NCBI GenBank assembly: GCA_943787795.1
Contig: CALSNU010000004.1
Location: 352,001-416,000, forward strand
DNA length: 64,000 bases
Reading direction: 5' to 3'
DNA from: an uncultured bacterium
Lineage (GTDB): Bacteria > Planctomycetota > UBA1135 > GCA-002686595
Within the stretch, counting starts at the first letter, position 1, and the number at the start of each line of letters is the position of its first letter. Of this stretch, positions 48,280 through 59,800 are shown in pieces. The notes under the pieces were generated by a model. That model was not told the DNA's origin. It searched no databases and saw nothing but the letters and a program-made list of their open reading frames with translations. The translations under genes and the position numbers were made by a program.

Positions 48280-51200
48280 ATGCAGCTCACCAACCTGTTC
48301 TATCGGAGCCCGCGGCTCCTCACGCTCACGCTCCTGCTCATCCTCACGGCCGGCTCATCGGCCCTGGTGTCGCTGCCCCGGGCCGAGGACCCGACCCTCT
48401 CGCAGAGGAACGCCACCGTCTTCACGGTGTTCCCAGGCGCCGACGCCGAGCGGGTCGAGGCCCTGGTCACGGAGATCATCGAGGACACCCTCGCCGAGTT
48501 CGAGGAGATCAAGGAGATCAAGTCCACCTCGCGCGCGGGCCTCTCGACCATCGCGATCGAGCTGAACGACGACGAGTACCTCGTGGATGAGGTCTGGGCC
48601 CGCATGCGCGATGACCTGGAGAGCACGAGGGGTGAGCTCCCGCTGACCTCCGGGGCGCCGGATCTCGTGGAGTTTGAGCTCGCGGCGTTCACCCTCATGG
48701 TCGGCCTCACCTGGGACGCCGACATTCCCGTCGAACGCGCCATCCTCGGGCGGTTGAGCGAGGGCGTGGCCGATCGGCTCCGCTCGGTGGCCGGCACCAG
48801 CGACGTCGAGATCCACGGCGCTCCGGACGAGGAGGTCCTCGTCGACCTCGACCCCGGGCGGGCGGCCGCCCTGGGGCTCGACGCGGCCTCCCTGGCGCTG
48901 TCCCTCCTGCGCCGTGACGCGAAGGTGGGCGCGGGCGAGGTCTCTGGAGGCGATAACGAGCTACAGATCGAGGTCTCGGGCGAATTCGAGTCGCTGGAGG
49001 CGATCCGGAACGTCATCGTCGACCGAGATCGCGAGGGCGGTTCATTCGTCCGGCTCGGTGACATCGCGCAGGTGCGTAAGGCGGAGCGACTGCCCCGCGC
49101 CACCGCTGCCCTCATCGACGGTCAGCCTGGCGTCGTCGTCGCGGCGCGCATGGAGACCGGTCGGCGTGTGGACCTCTGGTCCAAGGCCGCGCGGGCCGCG
49201 ACCGACGAGGCGATCGCCGGGCTGCCCAGCGGGGTCAAAGGCGAGGTCCTCTTCGAACAGGCGCGGTACACCGAGGAGCGCCTCGGCGGCCTCGTCAGTA
49301 ACTTCGCCATCGGCGCGGGCCTCGTGATGCTGGTGATCCTCTTCACCATGGGGTGGCGCTCCGCGATCATCGTCGGAACCGCGCTCCCCCTGACGACCCT
49401 TGTGGTCCTCCAGGGCCTGCTCCTCCTGGACATCCCACTCCACCAGATGTCGGTGACGGGGATGATCATCGCCCTCGGGCTCCTGATCGACAACGCGATC
49501 GTCGTCGTCGACGAGGTCAGGCATCGCCTGGTCGGAGGAGAGACCCGTGCCGGGGCGGTCTCCCATGCGGTGCGGCACCTCGCGATTCCGCTGCTCGGCT
49601 CCACCGTGACGACGGCCCTCGCCTTCGCCCCCATCGCCCTCATGCCCGGGGGCGCGGGCGAATTCGTGGGCCCGATCGCCGTCAGCGTGGTCTTGGCGGT
49701 CACCACCTCGTTCCTGCTCGCCCTGTCCGTCACCCCGGCCCTCGCGGCGCACCTGGACCGACTCGTGCCGAGCTCGGAGAGCGGCGGCTTCCTCGCGCGG
49801 GGCGTCTATCTCCCCCGCGTGGATCGCATCTACGGAGTCTCTCTCCGCTTCCTCCTCGGCAGGCCAAGCCTCGCCTTCGGCGTCGCCCTCCTGCCTCCGG
49901 CGCTCGGCTTCATCGCGGCGACGGCCCTGCCGGAGCAGTTCTTCCCGCCGGCCGACCGCGACCAGTTCAACGTGGAGCTCGAGCTGCACCGCAGCGCGTC
50001 CCTCGAGGTCACCGAGGAGGTCGCACTCGCGGCCCGGGAGCTGATGCTGGAGCACCCCCGCGTCGAACGCGTCCAGCTCTTCCTCGGAGGGAGCGGCCCG
50101 AAGTACTACTACAACCTCGTCGAGAACCAGCGGGACGCCCCTTACTTCGCCCAGGCGATGGTCCAGCTGGACGGCCCCAAGGACTCCATGCGTGTGGTGC
50201 GCGAGATCCAGGAGCGGCTCGACCGGGAGCTGCCTCAGGCCCGCTTCCTCGCCCGACAGATCGAGCAGGGCCCGCCCTTCGACGCTCCCGTCGAGCTGCA
50301 CCTCTATGGCCCTGATCTCACCCGGCTCCGGTCCACCGGCGAGGACCTGCGGCGGCTCCTCAGCCAGACGCCGGACGTGACCCACGCCAACTCCACTCTT
50401 CGGGGCGGGGCGCCCAAGCTCCGCCTCCAGCTAGGAGAGGAGGCCGCAAGCCTCGCGGGGACAGATAACGTCGGCGTCGCTGCCGCGCTGGAGTCCACGC
50501 TGAACGGCATCGTCGGCGGCTCGTTGATCGAGGCGAACGAGGAACTCGACGTCCGGGTGCGCCTCGCGCCGGGAGCCGACGACGGCGTTGCTCGCATCGA
50601 GGATCTCGAGCTCCCGACCCGGGCCGGCTGGACCAACCTCGCGTCCCTGGGCGAGCTCTCCCTCGTCCCGGACACCTCGTCCATCGCGCACAGGAACCGG
50701 CGCAGGGTCGTCACGACCCAGGGCTTCCTGAGAGCCGGGACCCTCCCGAGTCGCGCGCTCGACCGGTTCCTCGCGACCCCCGGGGTCGCCGACCGGGAGC
50801 TCCCGGTCGGCTTCGAGCTGGAGGTCGGCGGTGAGTCCGCCAAGCGGGACGAGGCCGTGGGCAACCTCGTGGGGTCCGCCGCGCTCCTGATGGTGCTGAT
50901 GGCCGCCTCCTTGGTCCTGACATTCAACTCGTTCCGGCTCGCCGCGGTGATCGGCGTCGTCGGCGTGTCCTCCATCGGGCTCGCCATGCTCGCGGTGGCG
51001 GTCTACGGCGCGCCCTTCGGCTTCATGACGATCGTGGGCGCCATGGGGTTGATCGGAATCGCGATCAATGACTCCATTGTGGTGCTGGCCGCCCTGCGCG
51101 AGAACCCGATGGCCCGGTCCGGTGACCTCGACGCGTCAGTTCGCGTGATCCAGCGAGCCTCCCGGCACGTGATCTCCACCTCGCTCACGACCATGGCAGG

Positions 51201-51414
51201 ATTCGCTCCGCTGATCCTGGCGGGAGGAGGCTTCTGGCCGCCCCTCGCCGTGGCCATCGCCGGCGGCGTGGCCGGCGCGACCCTCATCGCGGTCACCCTC
51301 GTGCCAGCCGCTCACCTGCTGATCGCGCGCAGCATGATCCGCGCCGAGCTCCGTGCGGAGTCGCGCCGCGCTCAGCGGCGCGCCGCCTTCGCGGCTCGCT
51401 CTTCGAGCGCTTGA
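48280..51414 (+). CDS. RND efflux permease (AcrB/AcrD/AcrF family)
   Basis: 1044 aa, PGADAERVE..VT..IE, LGLLIDNAIVV, FFPPADR, FWPPLAVAIAGG. Confidence 0.93.
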   Translation: MQLTNLFYRSPRLLTLTLLLILTAGSSALVSLPRAEDPTLSQRNATVFTVFPGADAERVEALVTEIIEDTLAEFEEIKEIKSTSRAGLSTIAIELNDDEYLVDEVWARMRDDLESTRGELPLTSGAPDLVEFELAAFTLMVGLTWDADIPVERAILGRLSEGVADRLRSVAGTSDVEIHGAPDEEVLVDLDPGRAAALGLDAASLALSLLRRDAKVGAGEVSGGDNELQIEVSGEFESLEAIRNVIVDRDREGGSFVRLGDIAQVRKAERLPRATAALIDGQPGVVVAARMETGRRVDLWSKAARAATDEAIAGLPSGVKGEVLFEQARYTEERLGGLVSNFAIGAGLVMLVILFTMGWRSAIIVGTALPLTTLVVLQGLLLLDIPLHQMSVTGMIIALGLLIDNAIVVVDEVRHRLVGGETRAGAVSHAVRHLAIPLLGSTVTTALAFAPIALMPGGAGEFVGPIAVSVVLAVTTSFLLALSVTPALAAHLDRLVPSSESGGFLARGVYLPRVDRIYGVSLRFLLGRPSLAFGVALLPPALGFIAATALPEQFFPPADRDQFNVELELHRSASLEVTEEVALAARELMLEHPRVERVQLFLGGSGPKYYYNLVENQRDAPYFAQAMVQLDGPKDSMRVVREIQERLDRELPQARFLARQIEQGPPFDAPVELHLYGPDLTRLRSTGEDLRRLLSQTPDVTHANSTLRGGAPKLRLQLGEEAASLAGTDNVGVAAALESTLNGIVGGSLIEANEELDVRVRLAPGADDGVARIEDLELPTRAGWTNLASLGELSLVPDTSSIAHRNRRRVVTTQGFLRAGTLPSRALDRFLATPGVADRELPVGFELEVGGESAKRDEAVGNLVGSAALLMVLMAASLVLTFNSFRLAAVIGVVGVSSIGLAMLAVAVYGAPFGFMTIVGAMGLIGIAINDSIVVLAALRENPMARSGDLDASVRVIQRASRHVISTSLTTMAGFAPLILAGGGFWPPLAVAIAGGVAGATLIAVTLVPAAHLLIARSMIRAELRAESRRAQRRAAFAARSSSA

Positions 51415-51417
51415 CCC

Positions 51418-53070
51418 TCAGGCGGCCAGGCGAGCGGGGAGGGGCGCGTGCTCTCCGAGCAGGAGCTCCCTGGCCTGATCGGCAGGCACCGGAGGGCTGA
51501 AGTAATACCCCTGCACCTCGTTGCACTGCAGCACCTTCAGGAAGGCCAGCTGGCTCTCGGTCTCCACGCCCTCGGCCACGACCTTCAGGTTCAAGCTGTG
51601 ACCCATCAGGATGATGGCCGTGGTGATCGCCGCGTCATTGGGGTTGCCGGTCACATCACTGATGAAGGTCCGGTCGATCTTCAACGAGTTGATCGGGAAG
51701 CTCTTGAGGTAGGCCAGGGAAGAGTAGCCCGTGCCGAAGTCGTCGATCGACACATGGACGCCTCGGCTCTGCAGCCGACCGAGGATCGCCGCCGCCGCCT
51801 TGGGGTCGTCCATCAGGAGACTCTCGGTCACCTCGAGCTCGAGGCCATCGGCCGGGAGGCCCGAGTCCTCCAGCGCGCTGGAGACCGTCTCCTCGAGGTC
51901 CGCGCTGCGGAACTGGATGCTGGAGAGGTTCACCGAGACCCGGATCGGAGCGATGCCCTGCGCCCGCCACTCGGCGTTCTGGCGGCAGGCCTCCCGAAGG
52001 ACCCACTCGCCGATCGGGACAATGAGCCCGGTCTCCTCGGCGATCGGAATGAACTGGGCCGGCGAGACCAACCCGAAGACCGGGTGCTTCCACCGAACCA
52101 GGGCCTCCATCCCGTTCATGCCCCTCGTCTCCATGTCCACCCGAGGCTGGTAGTAGACGGTGATCTCACCGTTGTGCAGGGCGCTCCGCAGGCTCGTCTC
52201 GAGCGCGAGTCGCTCGAACGCCCACCGCTCCATCGAATCGGTGAAGAACCTGATCTTGTTGCCGTCGGGCTGCTGCTCTCGTTGGGCTGCCTCGCGCGCG
52301 CGCCGGGTGATCTGGACGGGCTCGATGCCGTCGTCTGGCGAGCACGAGATCCCCACGCGGCACTCGTTGCCACGGCTCGAGGAGAGGGTGCTCTGGAGAC
52401 GCTTGCCGAGCAGCGCGGCGTCATGAATGAGATGGATCGAGGGCAGGCAGAAGACGACCGAACCGTCCTCGAACTCGCTCACGATCATTCTTGAATGGGA
52501 GAAGGCGGCCTCTCGGGCATCCTCAAGCGCCTCGGACTGCTCCTGGACAGCCAGCTGAACGAAGGCCGCGAAGTCCGAGCCCCCCCCGTCACTCTCCTGC
52601 ACGCAGAAGATCACCAGAGGCCGCTCGCGCTCCCGCGCGCGCTCGAGCTGCACACCGATGCTCGAGTGGAAGTGCTCCAGGCGGTACGACCCGAGGGTAC
52701 GAGATACCTGGTCGCCTGCTCGCGGCTCGGCCCCGCCGAGTCGCTGGACGATCAGCTCGGGAGGGGTCGACGGATGAAAGACCTCGGTGACGCCGAGTCC
52801 CAACAAGGTGGCCTCATCGAGCTCTTCTGTGACCAGCGCCACCACGGCGGTGTAGCGATCGACCATGGCCTCGATGAATCGGCCGGCGGTCATGCCCTCA
52901 GGTGCCATGGCTGGATCGACCACGATCCGGGTGAGCGCCTCGCCCGTCGTCTCGTAGGCCCCGGGGCACGCCACCAGCGCCGGCTTCAGCCCGGAGATCG
53001 TGAAGAGTCGAGCCAGGGAGCCGCGGAGGTCAGCGTCGCCGAGGGTGATGTGAACAGAGGTGGAGGCCAT
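51418..53070 (-). CDS. EAL-domain c-di-GMP phosphodiesterase with degenerate receiver-like and GGDEF-like domains
   Basis: YYQP, EALVRW, LELEVTES, IDDFGTGYSSL, LKIDR, AEGVET and QGYY intact. No GGDEF motif. Start ATG 53070. Confidence 0.88.
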   Translation of the reverse strand: MASTSVHITLGDADLRGSLARLFTISGLKPALVACPGAYETTGEALTRIVVDPAMAPEGMTAGRFIEAMVDRYTAVVALVTEELDEATLLGLGVTEVFHPSTPPELIVQRLGGAEPRAGDQVSRTLGSYRLEHFHSSIGVQLERARERERPLVIFCVQESDGGGSDFAAFVQLAVQEQSEALEDAREAAFSHSRMIVSEFEDGSVVFCLPSIHLIHDAALLGKRLQSTLSSSRGNECRVGISCSPDDGIEPVQITRRAREAAQREQQPDGNKIRFFTDSMERWAFERLALETSLRSALHNGEITVYYQPRVDMETRGMNGMEALVRWKHPVFGLVSPAQFIPIAEETGLIVPIGEWVLREACRQNAEWRAQGIAPIRVSVNLSSIQFRSADLEETVSSALEDSGLPADGLELEVTESLLMDDPKAAAAILGRLQSRGVHVSIDDFGTGYSSLAYLKSFPINSLKIDRTFISDVTGNPNDAAITTAIILMGHSLNLKVVAEGVETESQLAFLKVLQCNEVQGYYFSPPVPADQARELLLGEHAPLPARLAA

Positions 53071-53264
53071 GACTGGGGGGCCGTTCGGCCCTCCGGGACC
53101 ATTCTTCGGCCAGATCCGGTCCGCTTCCTGAGCCCCTTGCGCGGGCGGGCGGCAGGATTTGCGAGCGAGCCCTACGGATCCAGGTCGATTGGAGCGCCCC
53201 ACGGCGGGCTCCCCGGCCGGCTTCTCGGCCGGCTCCTCGGGCTGCTTCCCCGCTGGCTCCCCTA

Positions 53265-53319
53265 GGGCTCCGGGCGGGCTCCGGGCGGGCTCCGGGCGGG
53301 CTCCGGGCGGGCTCCGGGC
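53265..53319. repeat. 11-bp tandem repeat (GGGCTCCGGGC)x5
   Basis: Five perfect units in a divergent intergenic region, preceded by a degenerate 12-bp-period run (about 53202-53262). Confidence 0.93.
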
Positions 53320-53399
53320 GGAACAACGGACTCCAGAGGCGCACCCGAAGATCGTGGAGGGGCGACTCGGCGGGCCCAGGCCCCTATCGTTGCCCGATA

Positions 53400-53969
53400 A
53401 TGAGTCACACCTCCAGACCCCGCCGGCTGTCCTCTCCCCTCGCCCTCCTCGTCCTCGCAGCGTCACTTCTCGCCTGCCGGTCCACGAGCGTGCCGTTCCG
53501 CTTCACCCCAAGCCCCCTAGAGCTCCTCGTGCAGGAGGGCTCGGACCAGCCGATCCTGGCTCGGGTCCTGGTCGGCATCCCGGGTGCCGAGAGGGTCGGA
53601 CGCGCCGCGGAGGGATATCCCGAGCTCCTGGTGAGGCTCCGGTGTGAGAACAAGGGCACCGGCCCCCTGTCCATCGACCCCGCGACCTGCACCTTGCTGG
53701 GCTCCGACCTGGCCCGCTTCGGCGACGCGCGCCCCGAGCGGCCGGGTCCGCTCGCCGTCGCGCCCGGCGAGTCGGAGGCCATCCTCCTGCGCTTCCCCTT
53801 CCCCATGGATGGCGACCTGGAGGCCCCGCTGCTCACGGGCGTCAACCTCCAGTTCCAGGTGGAGGTGGACGGCCGCGCGGTCGAGGCCAGCGTGACGATC
53901 GAGCGCGTGTTCCCCGTGGATATCGGACCCACGACGACCTTCAGCACGGGCTTCTACTACGGGATGTAG
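53400..53969 (+). CDS. Putative lipoprotein
   Basis: Basic N-region, hydrophobic core, lipobox LLAC; Ig-like beta-rich body. Confidence 0.7.
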   Translation: MSHTSRPRRLSSPLALLVLAASLLACRSTSVPFRFTPSPLELLVQEGSDQPILARVLVGIPGAERVGRAAEGYPELLVRLRCENKGTGPLSIDPATCTLLGSDLARFGDARPERPGPLAVAPGESEAILLRFPFPMDGDLEAPLLTGVNLQFQVEVDGRAVEASVTIERVFPVDIGPTTTFSTGFYYGM

Positions 53970-54058
53970 GCCCCCCGCGGAGGCGCGTGCGTCGCGGGGC
54001 CGCCGGAGCCCGCGCGGCGAAGGAGGGCGCCCGCGACGAAGAGAGGGCGCCCCCAACC

Positions 54059-56749
54059 TCAGCGCGCGAGGCGCCGCAGGACGTAGTTCAAGATCCCGTT
54101 GTTGCGGAAGTAGTCCGCCTCGGCCGGCGTATCGATGCGCACCACCGCCTTGAACTCCACGGACACGCCGTCGGTCCGGGTGGCCTTGACCTCCACGGTC
54201 CCCCCAGTGGGTGAATCCTCGGCGCTGAAGCGCGCCGCGAGGCCCACGAGGTCGTAGGTCTCGGAGCCGTCGAGACCGAGACTGTCGGCGCCTTGACCCG
54301 CCTCGAACTGGAGAGGCAGGATGCCCATGCCGATCAGGTTCGAGCGGTGGATCCGCTCGAAGCTCTCCACAATCACAGCCCGCACCCCCTGAAGCGCTGG
54401 CCCCTTGGCTGCCCAGTCACGGGACGAGCCCATGCCGTACTCCTTGCCCCCGAGCACGATGCTCGCGACACCCTCCGCGCGGTACTCCATGGCCGCGTCA
54501 TAGATCGACATTTGCTTGCCCGACGGGAAGTGAACGGTCACGCCCCCCTCCACCCCCGGCACCAGGCGGTTCTTGATGCGAACGTTGCCAAACGTGCCCC
54601 GCATCATCACCTCGTGGTTGCCGCGACGGGAGCCGAAGGAGTTGAAGTCCTGCTTCTCCACGCCGAGCGAGCGCAGGTACTGACCCGCGGGGCTGTCGAC
54701 CGGGATCGTCCCCGCCGGGGAGATGTGATCCGTGGTGAGGTTGTCGCCGAAGAGGCCGAGCACACGGGCGCCCTGGATGTCCTCGACCGGTCGAGTCTCG
54801 AGCCCCATTCCCTCGAAGTACGGGGGCAGGCGGACGTAGGTGCTGTCGGCCTGCCAGTCGAACGTGCTCGACCCGGCCGCCTCGATGGCCTGCCACGCCT
54901 CGGTGCCATCGAAGACGCCGGCGTAGCTCTCCGCGAACATCTCTCGGGTCACCGAGCCGCCGACGATCTCCTGGATCTCGGCGTTCGTGGGCCAGATGTC
55001 GCGGAGGTATACATCGGAGCCGTCATCCGCGACGCCGATCCGCTCCCTCACGAGGTCGATGTTCACGTCCCCTGCCAGGGCGTAGGCGACGACCAGCGGT
55101 GGCGAGGCCAGGTAGTTGGCGCGCGTCTTGGCGTGGACACGACCCTCGAAGTTCCGGTTACCAGAGAGCACCGAGGCCGACACGAGGTTGCCCGCGTCGA
55201 TGGCGTCCACAATCTCGTCGGCGAGGGGACCTGAGTTCCCGATGCAGGTGGTGCACCCGAACCCGACAACGTCGAAGCCCAGGGCGTTGAGGTATGGCGT
55301 CAGCCCTCCCGCTTCGAGGTAGTCGGTGACCACCTTCGAGCCCGGCGCGAGGCTCGTCTTGACCCAGGGCTTGGTGCGGAGCCCGCGCAGCGCGGCCTTC
55401 CTGGCCACGAGCCCCGCTGCGACCATCACCGAGGGGTTGGAGGTGTTGGTGCAGGACGTGATCGCTGCGATGACCACCGAGCCGTTCTTCAGCTCGAAGG
55501 TCTCGTCGTCCATGGAGACGGAGACGCGGTGGTCGTGGTCCTCGGCCCCTGCGCCGGCGAGGATCTCCCTGCGGTCTCCCTGGAACTGGGTGCTGAGGTC
55601 GGCGAGCGAGACGCGGTCCTGTGGGCGCTTGGGGCCCGCGAGGCTCGGGACCACGGAGCCCATGTCGAGCTCGAGCAGGTCCGTGTAGTCCGCGGCCGGG
55701 GAGTCCGCGGTGTGGAACATCTCCTGCTCCTTCATGTAACGCTCGGTGAGCTCGACCTGCTCCTCGGAACGGCCCGAGAGGCGCAAGTAGTTCAGCGTCT
55801 CCTGGTCCACCGGGAAGAGGCCGCACGTGGCCCCGTACTCGGGGGCCATGTTGGCGATGGTCGCGCGGTCCGCCAGGGAGAGGTGCTGCAGGCCCGGGCC
55901 GGTGAACTCGACGAACTTGCCCACGACGCCGTGAGCCCGGAGCAGCTCGGTCACCTGGAGGACGAGGTCCGTGGCGGTCGCGCCCTCGGGCATCTCACCC
56001 GAGAGCCGGACGCCCACGACCTGAGGGATCAGCATGGACACCGGCTGCCCGAGCATGGCCGCCTCGGCCTCGATGCCGCCCACGCCCCACCCGAGGACGC
56101 CGAGCCCGTTGATCATGGTCGTGTGAGAGTCGGTGCCCACCAGGGTGTCGGGGAAGGCGTAACCGCTCTCCCCCGCCATGACGACCCGCGCCAGGAACTC
56201 CAGGTTGACCTGATGGCAGATGCCCATCCCCGGCGGCACGACGGCGAAGTTGTCGAAGGCCCCCTGGCCCCACTTGAGGAACGCGTAGCGCTCGCCGTTG
56301 CGCGCGTACTCGCGCTCGAGGTTCTCCCCGAGGGCCCCGGGCGAGCCGAAGGCGTCCACCTGGACCGAGTGATCGATGACGAGCTCCGCCGGCTGAAGCG
56401 GGTTGATCCTGGATGGATCGCCTCCGAGGGCCTGCATGGCATCGCGCATTGCCGCGAGGTCCACGACCGCCGGCACGCCGGTGAAGTCCTGCATGAGCAC
56501 ACGCGCAGGTCGATAGGCGATCTCGACCGACGGCTCCGCCGACGGGTCCCACCCGGCGACCGCCTCGATGTCCGAGGAGGTCACGCTCACGCCATCCTCG
56601 TGCCGCAGGAGGTTCTCCAGCAGGATGCGGAGCGCGAAGGGCAGCCGGGAGACATCGTGGCCGTGCGCCTTGAGTGCCGTGAGCCGCGCGATCTTGTGGC
56701 TCTTGCCACCGACGTCAAAGGAACCGCGGGACCGAAAGGTGTCTTGCAT
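54059..56749 (-). CDS. acnA: Aconitate hydratase A
   Basis: [67 protein letters not shown]. Confidence 0.98.
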   Translation of the reverse strand: MQDTFRSRGSFDVGGKSHKIARLTALKAHGHDVSRLPFALRILLENLLRHEDGVSVTSSDIEAVAGWDPSAEPSVEIAYRPARVLMQDFTGVPAVVDLAAMRDAMQALGGDPSRINPLQPAELVIDHSVQVDAFGSPGALGENLEREYARNGERYAFLKWGQGAFDNFAVVPPGMGICHQVNLEFLARVVMAGESGYAFPDTLVGTDSHTTMINGLGVLGWGVGGIEAEAAMLGQPVSMLIPQVVGVRLSGEMPEGATATDLVLQVTELLRAHGVVGKFVEFTGPGLQHLSLADRATIANMAPEYGATCGLFPVDQETLNYLRLSGRSEEQVELTERYMKEQEMFHTADSPAADYTDLLELDMGSVVPSLAGPKRPQDRVSLADLSTQFQGDRREILAGAGAEDHDHRVSVSMDDETFELKNGSVVIAAITSCTNTSNPSVMVAAGLVARKAALRGLRTKPWVKTSLAPGSKVVTDYLEAGGLTPYLNALGFDVVGFGCTTCIGNSGPLADEIVDAIDAGNLVSASVLSGNRNFEGRVHAKTRANYLASPPLVVAYALAGDVNIDLVRERIGVADDGSDVYLRDIWPTNAEIQEIVGGSVTREMFAESYAGVFDGTEAWQAIEAAGSSTFDWQADSTYVRLPPYFEGMGLETRPVEDIQGARVLGLFGDNLTTDHISPAGTIPVDSPAGQYLRSLGVEKQDFNSFGSRRGNHEVMMRGTFGNVRIKNRLVPGVEGGVTVHFPSGKQMSIYDAAMEYRAEGVASIVLGGKEYGMGSSRDWAAKGPALQGVRAVIVESFERIHRSNLIGMGILPLQFEAGQGADSLGLDGSETYDLVGLAARFSAEDSPTGGTVEVKATRTDGVSVEFKAVVRIDTPAEADYFRNNGILNYVLRRLAR

Positions 56750-56845
56750 CGAGGTCGAGGACGGCGCGCGAGGGGAGGCAGAGCGGAGTGCCGCGGCCGA
56801 TTTTGGGGACCCCAGGCTAGCCGCGCCCCCGCCGCCGCGCAGCCC

Positions 56846-59800
56846 TTAGCGCGGCCGAAGCGGCTCGACTTCCAGGCGCATTGTGGGCGGGACGACCTGG
56901 CCCTCCCCCACGAGGTGGAAGAACCGCGGACCCACCCTGAGCCCGCCCGGCTGCCGCCCAAGGGGATCCCGAGGCACGTCGATGACCACGCCAGCCAGGA
57001 CACCTCGATCCACGTGATACAGGCCCAGGTTCGTCCCGCGAAGCAGACACTCGCGGGCGACCAGGTGGCCCGCCCTGGGGGCCTGGATGAGCGTCCGGGC
57101 CCCCGCGTCGAGCACGCTCCGGTCCATGGAGTTCTCGCTCTCGTCGGAGAGGTAGATGGACCCGGCGTTCAGGTAAGACGAACGGAGACTCATCCGGCAG
57201 CGCCCGAGCTGGCGGATGGCCCACTGCGACGGCTTCCCTGACGCCGACGCGCCTTCGAGGCGTGACTCGACCATCTCCAGGTCACTGTGTTGGAGGAAGA
57301 CGACCGTCCCGGCGCTCGCGACCCTGGACCGGAGGAGGACCAGGTGCCCGCCCTCCAGCACATTGACCGCCGTCGAGGCGGCGCTGATCAGCGTCAGGTC
57401 CTGGAGCACCACGTCCCGCGCCCCGCGGACCCGCAGGGCGGCTCGTATCTCCACCTTCGCCTCGGGCGAAGAGGGCATCAACCGCACGCCAGGAGCGAGG
57501 ATTTCCAGGGTCCTCGCGGGTGCCCCTGACGCGTCCTCGTAGACCCCCGGCGGGAGCAGGAGGTCCACGCCCTCCACCGGGTCCTCCACCGGGCCCTCCT
57601 GCGCCCTCCGAACGGCGCGATCGGCGGCCTCGCCGAGGGCCACCTCGAGGAGGTCGAGGCTCGGCGCCTCGATGATGACCGAGCGCCGGGCGCTCGCCCG
57701 AGCAGAGGGTGAGGCGAGGCGCCGATCGGAGACCTCTCGCCGCGCCATCAGCTCCTCGAACTCTCCTCCGACCAACCCTGCGGCGGCCTCAAGGAGCGGG
57801 CGAGGGTCCTCGGCGGAGCGGGCTCGCTCCACGAGGCGCAGGCAGAGCTCCGCCGTCCGAGCGTCGTAGTCAAAGAGCCGCGCGTCGCTCTCCCCACCCC
57901 ATCGCCCGGCGGAGCGGTCCGCGGAGCGAAGCCAGTGGAGCAGCTGCGCGAGGGGCGGGCCGAGGTCGAGGTCGGCAAGCTCGGGTCGGCTCTCGAGCTG
58001 CCAGGCCAACTCCTCGGCGGCGCCGGGCAGGTCCGTCCAGTTCGCCCCGGGGAGCGGGCTCTCGCTGATCCCAGAGGAGCCGTCGGGCAAGAACGCCGGC
58101 CGCTCCGCCTCGAAGGAGGACATGGAGGGCACGACCCCCAGCGTCGCCACGAAGCCTGCGACCTTGCGAGCACCGGGGTCCGGCTCCGTCTGAGCGATCG
58201 CCTTGGCCCAGATCCGCGCCACCTCGCAGTCGTCCCGCAGGTCGCCCGGCGCCGCGCCCTCGCGGAGCACCCCGCGTTCGGCCCGGTCGATGAACTCCAG
58301 GAGACCGTGAAGCCGTTCGCCCGGCTCCTCGAAGCGCAGCTCCGGCTCCAGCTCCGTGAACAGCGAGAGGCGCGCCTCATCCGAGAGCTTGCCCAGGCGC
58401 GGCGCCTCCACGGCGAGCTCGAGCGCCCGCCTCCGGAACCGACGCGCCAGACCCGCGCCGCTGCCATCCGCGCTCTCGATGGCCTCGAGGATCGACTGCG
58501 CTGCCAGCGCTCGGGGAGAACGAGGCCCCCTCGCGAGCTCCATCAACGGCTCCCTGGCGTCTTCCCTGAGGGAGAGGAGGACGCCGCGTGACTCCAGCCG
58601 CCGCTGGAAGTCCTCGGCATCAACGCCCGCGAGGGCGGCGTCGAGGAGGGCGCCACGGCCGGGCTCATCAGCGCCGACCGAGAGCAGGTCGAGCGCAGCG
58701 GACGGATGAGACAGCCCGCCCGAGACCAGCCGGTGTCGAAAGCGAAGGCGGACGATGGAGGCCGCCCCTTCGAAGAGGTCGGAGAGCACAAGGGAGCGGG
58801 AACCCGCTGCCGACTCGCTGAGGATCGACCAGTCTCCCTGACCGAAGAGGACCTCTCGCTCGGCCACCAAGATCACGCGCCCGGGCTCCACCCCCGTCCG
58901 GCGATCGAGCTCAGAGAAGGTCAGCTCGACCTCTCCGGCGTCACCGCGCTGCACCTCGGGGGACGCATCGGGCGGGCGCGGCAGGAGGCGGTCTCCGCCC
59001 ATCGCGAGCTGCCGACGCAGCCTGCAGTTGGTCCCACGCTCGTCGTCGACGGAGAGCCGGCCCAGGGTCCCATCGGGCAGCCGGAACTGGAGCTCGCCGC
59101 CCGGCGCGACCATCGCGGTGCGGCCGGGGACGTAGCGGCGATCAGACCCGGGAGTCATCCACCAGCTCTGGTCCTGGACGAGGGATGACTTCTTCTCCAG
59201 TGCGAAGCGGACGCCCTCGAGCGGCTTGAGCGCGATGGATCCGGTGGCTCCGCTGTGGACCTCGATATGCGCCAGATCGTCGGGGCCGACGACTCGCCCG
59301 GAGACGAGGTCCACGCGGTCGCCGGTGTCCACGACCAGCGCCCACTCTCCAGGTGTCTCCACCCGCGCGGCCTCGATCACTCGACCCAGGCACCCCGGGA
59401 GCACGCGCCCATCAGCATCGCAACGGACGACCTCGTAGTGGAAGATCTCGCCCCAGGGAGCCTCCTGCTCGGTGAACTCGCCACCACGGACGATCGCCAG
59501 CGTCTTCCACTCTTCTGGACCCGTCGACGGCGTGGAGGTCTTCTTGAGGCCGTCTCCCACGTCTCCGCCCGGAGCCTGGGTGGTCATCCGGCGTCGAACC
59601 CTGTAGGTGGCGCCGGTGTCCGCCTCCGAGCGCTCCCAGCGGAGCCGAAAGGCACCGCCGGTCGAGCTCACCCGCAGCCCCCCCGGCGAGCGGCGCAGGG
59701 CTGGAATCGAGCGCGGCGCTCTGGCCACCTCCAGGTGAACGCGATCCACGGCCACGTCGAGGACCCGCAGGTAGCACCAGAGGTCGCCCTCCGCTGGCTC

